From positions 3,941 to 67,940 of the forward strand of contig CAINDO010000224.1 in the NCBI GenBank assembly GCA_903847385.1: a stretch of 64,000 nt of DNA, written 5' to 3'. The notes beneath the pieces were generated by a model, which worked only from the letters and a program-made list of their open reading frames with translations, made no database searches and had not been told where the DNA came from. The stretch's first letter is position 1. The number at the start of each line of letters is the position of its first letter. The position numbers were made by a program, and so were the translations under genes. Source of the DNA: an uncultured Myxococcales bacterium. GTDB taxonomy: Bacteria; Myxococcota_A; Bradymonadia; UBA7976; UBA1532. This document shows, one piece after another, positions 37,812-45,518 of this stretch.

Positions 37812-39193
37812 TCCTCCCGGTAGTACAACGTGCGCACCTTGCCATTGCTCCGTTTGAGGATGGCGGTGATGCGACGCGTGATGTTGCCCACTGTGGCTTG
37901 GGCCTGCAAACGATAGAGCTGCGACTTCGTGTCGATCATGGGCTTGAGCTGTGGCGCGGCCACGCCCATGAGCGTCTTGAGGGTGTCGTACATCTGCTGA
38001 TTCAGGCCGAAGCCGGCCAGCATGATGTTCTGGTCGCCGTTGGGCGCCAACTCCATGATCACCCGCATCGGGTCCTTGGCGACCTCGACGAACTTGTTCG
38101 GGTTGCGGAACGGCGGCGCCACGAGGGACTCGGGGTGGAGCAGGGGATGCCGCAGCACGTCCCGGGCCTGCACGATCATCCGCGCCCAGATGTCGAAGGC
38201 GACGTCCACCGGATCGCGATCCGCCGGCCCGTTCGGGTTGATGCCCAGGTCCTGCTTCTGCCCGCAGGTGGCGCCCTCGGTGGCGATGCCCGCCGGCGAA
38301 CCCGCACGCAGCAGCTTGGCGATGAGCGCGGCGCTGGCCTGGTTCACGTCGACCTTGCCGCTGCCGGCGGCGCCGAAGACCGAAACGTTCTGTGAAAGGA
38401 CCTCGTAGAGCTGGTCGTTCACGCCGGGGATCAGGCGGAGCTCCTCGACGCTGTCGAAGCCCATGTCCTTGACCTTGTAGTCGGCGCCGTGGCTCTTCCA
38501 GTACGCGTCCTCGTTCTCGCCGGCGCCGAACTCGAACTGGAAGGCCGTCGTCAGGGCCATCTTGTTGTCGTCGGCGTCCACCCAGTCCACGAGGTTCGTG
38601 ATGATGTCCTCGCGCGTGTAGCGGTGGCCGTCCTCCTGCTCCTTCTCGAAGACCTCGTTCAGGGAACTGTCACAGAGCAGGTTGCGGAGCAGGTTCGCCG
38701 TCATGGTGCGGCTGGCGCAGGTCGGCGTCCCCGCGACGTTGCTGCCCCCCAGCGTGACCGGGCACCGGAGGCCGGCGAGGCCGATGGCCGCCCCCTCGGA
38801 GATGAGCTTGATCTCCTCGATCTCACCCTTTTCGATGCCGATGCCCTGGATGCCGGGCAACTCCATCGACAGGCCGACGCCGGGCACGTCCACCCGACCC
38901 CGAGCGAAGATGCCCAGGACGATGTTGCAGACCCGCTCCATGTCGAGCTTGTTGGTGAACGCACCCGCCGGGCCCCAGATGTCCTTGTCCAGGCAGGCGC
39001 GCGTCATGACCATCGCCGTGTCCGCGAGGGCGGTCGCGCGGGCTTCGTCCCGAAGGTTGATGCCCTGGTCCAGGTGCGTGCGCGAGGCGTTGGCGAACTC
39101 GATCACGATGATCGACAGGATGGCGATCGAGGTGATCACCATCAGCAGGGCCACGCCGAGGGGACGGCGGCGTTTGTGGCGAGGTCGTGCCAT
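37808..39193 (-). CDS. gspK: Type II secretion minor pseudopilin GspK (461 aa)
   Basis: ATG at 39193 is residue M318 of shadow-extended ORF 37808..40144. The prepilin-like N-terminus RRRPLGVALLMVITSIAILSIIV lacks the conserved Glu5, as in GspK. It has a large periplasmic domain. Confidence 0.7.
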   Translation of the reverse strand: MARPRHKRRRPLGVALLMVITSIAILSIIVIEFANASRTHLDQGINLRDEARATALADTAMVMTRACLDKDIWGPAGAFTNKLDMERVCNIVLGIFARGRVDVPGVGLSMELPGIQGIGIEKGEIEEIKLISEGAAIGLAGLRCPVTLGGSNVAGTPTCASRTMTANLLRNLLCDSSLNEVFEKEQEDGHRYTREDIITNLVDWVDADDNKMALTTAFQFEFGAGENEDAYWKSHGADYKVKDMGFDSVEELRLIPGVNDQLYEVLSQNVSVFGAAGSGKVDVNQASAALIAKLLRAGSPAGIATEGATCGQKQDLGINPNGPADRDPVDVAFDIWARMIVQARDVLRHPLLHPESLVAPPFRNPNKFVEVAKDPMRVIMELAPNGDQNIMLAGFGLNQQMYDTLKTLMGVAAPQLKPMIDTKSQLYRLQAQATVGNITRRITAILKRSNGKVRTLYYREE

Positions 39194-40023
39194 CAATTCT
39201 CGCCCTTGCCCGAAGCTTTGCCGCCGTTGCCGTTGCCCGTGGGGTTCCCGACGCCGTTGAGCCCGCCCGGGGGAATCAAGCTGCCCGCTTTTTCGAGGAT
39301 CTGGTCGGCCGCGTCGCGCTTGGCGTCCGTCAGGGCGTCCTCCGCCGAAATCGGCTTGCGCAGCTTGGGCGCCGCCTGCGAGACGAAACGCAGCTCGGGG
39401 CGGTCCTCGCCCATGTCCAGCACCAGCGAGATGCGCACCCGCGCCGGGAGGAGGTCCTTCTCGTCGTCCTCGGAGTTCCAGCTGCGTTTCCAGGCGTCGT
39501 CGGCGACCTCTTTCTTCTCGTCCCAGTACTCGAACTTGAGCTCCTTGACGCCTTCGATCATGGGCCACGTCGACCCGCCGCGCTCGGGCTTGGAGTCGAT
39601 GCGCCCGCTCTCGCGCCGGTAGAGCGTCTTGCCCTTGAAGGGGCTCTTGCCGTCGCCGGACTTGAGCATGTAGTGGAACTCGGCCTGGTCGGACTCCCGC
39701 GACTCCGCGCGCATGCGCAGATGCGCCGTGGCCGTGAAGTAGAGCTCCTCTTCTTCGCCGTGGAACACGGTCTTGAAGGTCGGATCCTCTTCGAGCTCGC
39801 CCTGCGCCGGCGTCGCATGCAGGAACGCCATGCGGAGCTCGCGCGTGATGCGCTCCATGACCTGGCGGCCCTCGTGGTACCGCTCGTTGATCGCCGTGAC
39901 GCGCGCCTTCGTCTCGTAGGTCATGGCCATGCTGCGGTACAGCACGGCCGCCACCGTGACGAGGATCGAGATCGCGACGAGGATCTCGATGAGCGTGAAG
40001 CCCGGGGCGCGGCGGCGCGTCAC
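39193..40023 (-). CDS. gspJ: Type II secretion minor pseudopilin GspJ
   Basis: MTRRRAPGFTLIEILVAISIL is a class III signal with the G/FTLIE cleavage motif. Confidence 0.7.
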   Translation of the reverse strand: MTRRRAPGFTLIEILVAISILVTVAAVLYRSMAMTYETKARVTAINERYHEGRQVMERITRELRMAFLHATPAQGELEEDPTFKTVFHGEEEELYFTATAHLRMRAESRESDQAEFHYMLKSGDGKSPFKGKTLYRRESGRIDSKPERGGSTWPMIEGVKELKFEYWDEKKEVADDAWKRSWNSEDDEKDLLPARVRISLVLDMGEDRPELRFVSQAAPKLRKPISAEDALTDAKRDAADQILEKAGSLIPPGGLNGVGNPTGNGNGGKASGKGEN

Positions 40024-40736
40024 GGCAGGCCCTTTCCGCCACCGAGCTGGTTGGCGACGTCGTCGACGGCTTTGTCCTTGAGCGCGTCCTGGATGATCTC
40101 CTGGTCGGTCTGCTGCTCCTGGGCGGCGTCCGTCCGGTCCTCACCCAGAGCGGTCACGAAGCGCTCGATGACCAGCGTGCGCTCGGCCACGGCGTCCTTC
40201 CAGGTGACCTCGACGCGGACCTTGCGGACCTTGTCCTCGAGCTGCTGGAGCAGCATCGGGAGCGCGCCCGCGACCATCTCGACGTTGCCGGACAGCGCGT
40301 CCAGCGGGCTGCCGCCCTCGCTCGGGTCTCCGGTGTCGCCCGCCGGCGCGGCCGCGTTGCCGTCCGTGCTCATGGGGCTGAAGCCGGCGAGCGCCGCCTT
40401 CATCTGCTCGACGATCTGCTCGCCGGCGCCCTCGGCCATCTCGAGCTTGTAGGCGCAGGCCTTCCAGTTGAAGGGCTTCATGCCCTCTTCGTGGAAATCG
40501 CCCTCCTCGCAGTCGTCGAGCTGGTCCATGCCGTCTTTCAACAGCTTGTACTCGACGTCCAGCATCTTGCCCTGCAAGAGCAGGGTCGCCTGGCTCAACT
40601 TGTTGCTGTAGTCGCTCATCTGGATCGCGATGCCTTCGTGACCCATGAGCGCCACCATGGCGACGATCAGGATCGACATCGCGATCATGACCTCGAGCAG
40701 ACTGAAGCCCTTGGGGGCGCGCGCGCGGATGTTCAC
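40020..40736 (-). CDS. gspI: Type II secretion minor pseudopilin GspI
   Basis: APKGFSLLEVMIAMSILIV prepilin motif. It has an acidic C-terminal tail. Confidence 0.7.
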   Translation of the reverse strand: MNIRARAPKGFSLLEVMIAMSILIVAMVALMGHEGIAIQMSDYSNKLSQATLLLQGKMLDVEYKLLKDGMDQLDDCEEGDFHEEGMKPFNWKACAYKLEMAEGAGEQIVEQMKAALAGFSPMSTDGNAAAPAGDTGDPSEGGSPLDALSGNVEMVAGALPMLLQQLEDKVRKVRVEVTWKDAVAERTLVIERFVTALGEDRTDAAQEQQTDQEIIQDALKDKAVDDVANQLGGGKGLP

Positions 40737-41500
40737 TCGCCCTCCTCCTCGGTCCGCTCGGCTTCGCCGAAGTTGCGAGGCGCGTCCACCTTGCCCGGCA
40801 GGCTCGAGACCTTGCCGGTCAGGGGGCTGACCTGAAGCGTGAAGAAGGTGCTCTCGCCGTCCGTGGTGTGGATGACCGCGGGCTCGACCCAGCCGTTGGG
40901 GAAGAAGTGGATGTAGGCTTTTCCAGAGGTGACCGGGTCGGACTGTCCGGCGACCGTGACGCCGTCGAACGCCGCGCCGCCCTCGAGCTTCTGCGTGCCG
41001 ATCACGTCGTCCGTGGTGAATTGCGCCCGGCGCGAAGCGATGCGGGCGTTGATCCCCGCCGCGCTGCCCGAGTCGTCGTCGTCGTCGGACTTCTTCTTCG
41101 ATTTCGAAGACTTGCCCGAGCCGGACTTCCCCTCGGCGTCCGCGGCCTGGGCCTCGGCGGAGTCGGGATCCATGCCCGCCTCGAGGGGGTTCTTGCGCAG
41201 AAAGGTCGGATTCTCCGAACCCTCGACGGAGAAGCTCTCCGCGTCGAGGTCGATGACCATCCGCATGTACAGGCCCAGGGACACCGAGCGATTGAAGGTG
41301 TGGCGGATGGCCGCCGCGACCTTGTTCGTCTCGTTGCGCAGGCGGACCCCCCCGATGCGCCCGAAGCCGGAGACGGCCAGGCCCATGATCAGGACGAGGA
41401 TGCCGATCACGACCAGGATCTCCAGCAGCGTGAGACCCCGCGCGTTTCGGCGTCGCGGTGGGGGGAGGGTTCGCCGCATGGGCCTGGCCGGTGGCCTCAC
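40733..41500 (-). CDS. gspH: Type II secretion minor pseudopilin GspH
   Basis: ARGLTLLEILVVIGILVLIM prepilin motif. ATGA overlaps on both sides. Confidence 0.7.
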   Translation of the reverse strand: MRPPARPMRRTLPPPRRRNARGLTLLEILVVIGILVLIMGLAVSGFGRIGGVRLRNETNKVAAAIRHTFNRSVSLGLYMRMVIDLDAESFSVEGSENPTFLRKNPLEAGMDPDSAEAQAADAEGKSGSGKSSKSKKKSDDDDDSGSAAGINARIASRRAQFTTDDVIGTQKLEGGAAFDGVTVAGQSDPVTSGKAYIHFFPNGWVEPAVIHTTDGESTFFTLQVSPLTGKVSSLPGKVDAPRNFGEAERTEEEGE

Positions 41501-41943
41501 TCCTTCTTGATGTCGTCGTCGGTGCCCTCTTGCTTGTCGGCGCCCTTCGAGATGATCTCGATGCCGTTGCCGCCGTTGCGGGCGGGGTTGAAGTACACGA
41601 ACTCCTGCGACCAGGGGTCCTTGGGCGTGTCCTTCATGTACGGGGGGCCGTTCGGGGGCGAGGTCAGGGCGCGCAGGCCCTCGGACTGGCTCGGGTAGTC
41701 GCCGACCTCGATCTTGTAGAGGTCGAGCGCCTTGTGGATCTCGCCGATCTTCAGCTTGGCGGTGTTCGCCTTGGCGCGCTCGAAGTTGTTCATCACGGCC
41801 ACGACCACCACCGAGGCGATCAGGCCGAGGATGGCGATCACGATCATGATCTCGAGCAGCGTCATACCCTTGGGGGCGTTGGCGCGGCCGCGACGGGCGA
41901 GGAGCTTCAGGGCCTTCTGACGCAAATCGTTCACTTCAATCAC
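41497..41943 (-). CDS. gspG: Type II secretion major pseudopilin GspG
   Basis: KGMTLLEIMIVIAILGLIASVVV, then ALDLYKIEVGDYPSQSEGLRAL and KDPWSQEFVY. This is a near-canonical GspG signature. Confidence 0.9.
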   Translation of the reverse strand: MIEVNDLRQKALKLLARRGRANAPKGMTLLEIMIVIAILGLIASVVVVAVMNNFERAKANTAKLKIGEIHKALDLYKIEVGDYPSQSEGLRALTSPPNGPPYMKDTPKDPWSQEFVYFNPARNGGNGIEIISKGADKQEGTDDDIKKE

Positions 41944-41952
41944 CTCCGGGAA

Positions 41953-42480
41953 TCAGGCCGGCACGCACATGCCGAGCAGCGCCGAGGCGGGGCGAAGATC
42001 GCCGCGACGCAGGAACAGGATGAGCAGGAGCGCGCCCGAGACGAGCGCGACGTCTGCCAGGTTGAAGATGGGGAACCGCTCCGAGAGGCGAGGGTTCAGC
42101 GTGAGGAAGTCGATCACGAACCCGTGGCGGACGCGATCGATCAGGTTGCCGAGGGCGCCGGACACCACCAGGGAGATGCCCACCTGGCGGCGACGGCCGG
42201 ACTGCACGCGAATGGCGATGAGGGGGAGGAGCCCGAAGACCACCAGCGCCGTCAGGAAGAACACGATCGGGAGGCGAAGTGATTCCGGCAGGGCGCCGAA
42301 GGCCCCGAGCGCCGCGCCCGGGTTGCGCGCGAAGGTCAGCGCCAGGGGCCCCACGGTGACCGGCGCCTCGCCCGTGAGCAGGGTGACCGCCAGATCCTTG
42401 GTGACCTGATCGATCAGCAGCGCGCCCGCCGCCACGGCGATCGGCGTGCGCCGCTCGGCGATGGCGGACAGGAGCCTCAC
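41953..42480 (-). CDS. lspA: Lipoprotein signal peptidase (signal peptidase II) LspA, embedded in the gsp operon
   Basis: GTG at 42480 overlaps the gspF TGA (GTGA). 175 aa, four TM helices, with the motifs GNLIDRVRHGFVIDF and FPIFNLADVAL of peptidase A8. Confidence 0.8.
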   Translation of the reverse strand: MRLLSAIAERRTPIAVAAGALLIDQVTKDLAVTLLTGEAPVTVGPLALTFARNPGAALGAFGALPESLRLPIVFFLTALVVFGLLPLIAIRVQSGRRRQVGISLVVSGALGNLIDRVRHGFVIDFLTLNPRLSERFPIFNLADVALVSGALLLILFLRRGDLRPASALLGMCVPA

Positions 42481-43703
42481 TGCACGAACTCGTTGAGCTG
42501 CAGGATCGGCATGAGCACGGCGAACACGATCAGGGCGATCACGATGCCCATGCCCAGGATCATCAGCGGCTCGAGCAGGCTGGTGAGCGTCGAGATGCGG
42601 TTGTCCACCTGCGTCTCGTAGGCGTCGGAGACGACGCCGAGCATCTCTTCGAGCGCGCCGGAGCGCTCGCCGATGGCCATCATGGTGGTGACCAGGGGCG
42701 GGAAGCGACCGCTGCGCTTGAGCGGCTCGGCGAGGTTCGAGCCCTCTTTCACCGAAACGCGCGCCTCTTCGACGATCGCCGTCAGGACGTGGTTCTCCAG
42801 CACGTTCTTGGTGATCTCGAGCGCGGTGAGCAGGGGCACGCCGCTGCGCAGCAGCGTCGCCAGCGTCTTCGTGAAGCGCGATACGGCGATCATCAGGAGC
42901 AGCGAGCCGAAGACCGGGAAACCGAGCTTCCGCCGGTCCCAGGACACCGCGCCCTTCGGGCTGTTCTTCCACCGACGGAAGCCGTAAACGGTCCCGCCGG
43001 CGAGCAGCATCGCAAGCCACCAGTAGTCGCGCATGCCGTGGCTGATCGCGATGATGATGCGCGTCAGCACCGGCAGTTCCTGCCCGGTGTCCTCGAAGAT
43101 CTGGGTGATCTGCGGGATCACGTAGACGAACAGACCCGTGAGGATCAGGCCGCCGATGCCCACCATGAGCACCGGGTACATCATGGCGGAGCTGAGCTTG
43201 TTCTTCAGCTTGTTGTTGGCCTCGGTGAACTCGGCGAGCTGCAGCAGCACGCGGTCGAGCGTGCCCGAGGCCTCACCGGCGCGGATCATGTTCGAGAAGA
43301 TGGGGCTGAAGACGGTCGGGTGACGCGCCACGGCCGCTGCGAGGCTGCTGCCCTCGGTGACGTCCTGCTTGATCTGGCCGACGATGCGCCGCAGCTTGGG
43401 CTTCTCGACCTGGTCGGCCACGGCCCCGATGCTCTCCACGAGCGGGATGCCGGCCTTCGTCAGCGTGGCGAGCTGACGCGTGAAGATCGCCAGATCCGTG
43501 CCGTTGACGCGCTCGAAGTACTGCGCGAAGTCGACCTCGGAGGAGAGCAGCCCGCCGCCCTTCTTGGCGCCCTTGCCCACGGACGTGAGGAAGATGCCCT
43601 CGCGCTTGAGCAGCGTGCGAAGGGATTTCTCGTTGTCCGCGTCGCGAACGCCGGAGACTTCCTTGCCGGCCTTGTTGAGGCCTTTGTACTCGTATGAAGG
43701 CAC
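42477..43703 (-). CDS. gspF: Type II secretion inner-membrane platform protein GspF
   Basis: 408 aa with duplicated GspF domains and three TM helices. N-terminus MPSYEYKGLNKAGKEVSG. Confidence 0.9.
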   Translation of the reverse strand: MPSYEYKGLNKAGKEVSGVRDADNEKSLRTLLKREGIFLTSVGKGAKKGGGLLSSEVDFAQYFERVNGTDLAIFTRQLATLTKAGIPLVESIGAVADQVEKPKLRRIVGQIKQDVTEGSSLAAAVARHPTVFSPIFSNMIRAGEASGTLDRVLLQLAEFTEANNKLKNKLSSAMMYPVLMVGIGGLILTGLFVYVIPQITQIFEDTGQELPVLTRIIIAISHGMRDYWWLAMLLAGGTVYGFRRWKNSPKGAVSWDRRKLGFPVFGSLLLMIAVSRFTKTLATLLRSGVPLLTALEITKNVLENHVLTAIVEEARVSVKEGSNLAEPLKRSGRFPPLVTTMMAIGERSGALEEMLGVVSDAYETQVDNRISTLTSLLEPLMILGMGIVIALIVFAVLMPILQLNEFVQ

Positions 43704-43706
43704 GCG

Positions 43707-45518
43707 TCAGTCCAGGGCCAGCATGTCGTCTTGGGTCACGCGCAGGATCTCGGCGATGGACGTGTCGCCGCGCATGACCTTGCGGCCGCCGTCGTCGCGG
43801 AGCGTCAGCATGCCCTTGGCGATGGCGCGCTTCTTGATCGAGTTGCTGTCGACGTTGTCCATGATGAGCTGCCGGATCTCGTCGTCGACGACCAGCAGCT
43901 CGTAAATGCCCGTCCGGCCCATGTACCCCGTGTCCAGGCACTCCTGACAGCCGGTGGCGGCGTACACGTGGCCGGGCGTGACCTCGAGGAAACGCTCGCG
44001 CGAGTACCCGAGCTGGCGCAGCTCCGACTCCGTCGGGACGACGGGCTTCTTGCAGTGGGGGCAAAGGTTGCGCACGAGGCGCTGGGCCATCATGCACACC
44101 ACCGAAGACGCGACGAGGAACGGCTCCACGCCCATGTCCACGAGACGCGTGACGGCGCCGGCGGAGTCGTTCGTGTGCAGCGTGCTGAACACCAAGTGAC
44201 CGGTGAGGGAGGCCTGAATGGCGATCTCGGCCGTCTCCCGGTCGCGGATCTCACCGACCATGACCACGTCCGGGTCCTGGCGGAGGATGGCGCGCAGGCC
44301 CGCGGCGAAGGTCAGGCCGACCTTGGCGTTCACCTGGATCTGACCGATGCCGCCGAGCTGGTACTCGACCGGGTCTTCGACCGTGATGATGTTGCGGACC
44401 GGGCTGTTGATCTTGGCCAGGCAGGCGTACAGCGTCGTCGTCTTGCCGGAGCCCGTGGGGCCCGTGACGAGGATGATCCCGTAGGCCTTCTGGATCATCT
44501 CGTTCATGTAGGCGAGGGCCTGATCGCCCATGCCGATGTACTCGAGGTCCTTGAGCACCGCCGTCTTGTCCAGCAGACGCATCACGATCCGCTCGCCGTG
44601 GCTCGTCGGCACGGTCGAAAGACGGATGTCGATGTCGCGGCCGGCGACCTTGATCTTGATGCGGCCGTCCTGGGGGATGCGCTTCTCGGCGATGTCCAGG
44701 CCGGCCATGACCTTGATGCGGCTGGTGATCGACGCGGCGAACCGCTTGGGCGGCCGGATGATCTCGTAGAGCACGCCGTCCACACGGAACCGCACGGCGA
44801 TGTGCCGCTCGAAGGGCTCGATGTGAATGTCGCTGGCGCGCTCTTTCACGGACTGCGCCATCAGCGCGTTGACGAGGCGGATGATCGGCGCCTCGTCGTC
44901 CGTGTCGATGATGTCGACGTCGATGTCCTGGACGTTCTCGCCGGAGATCCCGATCTCCTCGTCGTGGATCTCGCCCATGACCTGGCTGGCGCCGGCGCGG
45001 CGGTCGAAGATCTTGTTGATCGAGTCGACCAGCACACCCTCGGCGACGACGACGGGCTCCATCGTGCCATCGACCATGAGCTGAAGGCTGTCGAGGCCGC
45101 TGACGTTCAGCGGGTCCACGATGCCGACCTGGATGAGCTCACCCTTGCGCCAGAGCGGGAGCACGAGCTGCGTGCGGGCGAACTGAACGGGGATGTCCTT
45201 GGAGAGGTCGGCGTCGATGGCCTCGACGTCCACCGTGTCCAGGAACGCCAGCCCGAGCTGCTCGGCCTGAATGCGCCGGATGAACCCGAGCTCCACGAAC
45301 CGCAGGGCGACGAGGGCCTCGGGCAGGCGGACGTTCTTCTCCAGCGCGTGCAGCCGGGCCTGATCGAGCTGCTCCCAGGTGAGCGCGTTGCGCTCGAGCA
45401 GCGCCTGGCCGAGCTCACCCGCGTAACCCGTGGGGCGAGGCGGCATCGGCGCCGGCGCGGTCGACGCCGCGGCGCCCCCGGTGCCGGGCTGCGGTGCGCT
45501 GGGCCCCTGTGCGCTCAC
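43707..45518 (-). CDS. gspE: Type II secretion ATPase GspE
   Basis: Walker A VTGPTGSGKTTTLYA, Asp and His boxes, and a C-terminal CPHC...CQEC tetracysteine motif. ATGA overlap with gspD. Confidence 0.9.
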   Translation of the reverse strand: MSAQGPSAPQPGTGGAAASTAPAPMPPRPTGYAGELGQALLERNALTWEQLDQARLHALEKNVRLPEALVALRFVELGFIRRIQAEQLGLAFLDTVDVEAIDADLSKDIPVQFARTQLVLPLWRKGELIQVGIVDPLNVSGLDSLQLMVDGTMEPVVVAEGVLVDSINKIFDRRAGASQVMGEIHDEEIGISGENVQDIDVDIIDTDDEAPIIRLVNALMAQSVKERASDIHIEPFERHIAVRFRVDGVLYEIIRPPKRFAASITSRIKVMAGLDIAEKRIPQDGRIKIKVAGRDIDIRLSTVPTSHGERIVMRLLDKTAVLKDLEYIGMGDQALAYMNEMIQKAYGIILVTGPTGSGKTTTLYACLAKINSPVRNIITVEDPVEYQLGGIGQIQVNAKVGLTFAAGLRAILRQDPDVVMVGEIRDRETAEIAIQASLTGHLVFSTLHTNDSAGAVTRLVDMGVEPFLVASSVVCMMAQRLVRNLCPHCKKPVVPTESELRQLGYSRERFLEVTPGHVYAATGCQECLDTGYMGRTGIYELLVVDDEIRQLIMDNVDSNSIKKRAIAKGMLTLRDDGGRKVMRGDTSIAEILRVTQDDMLALD

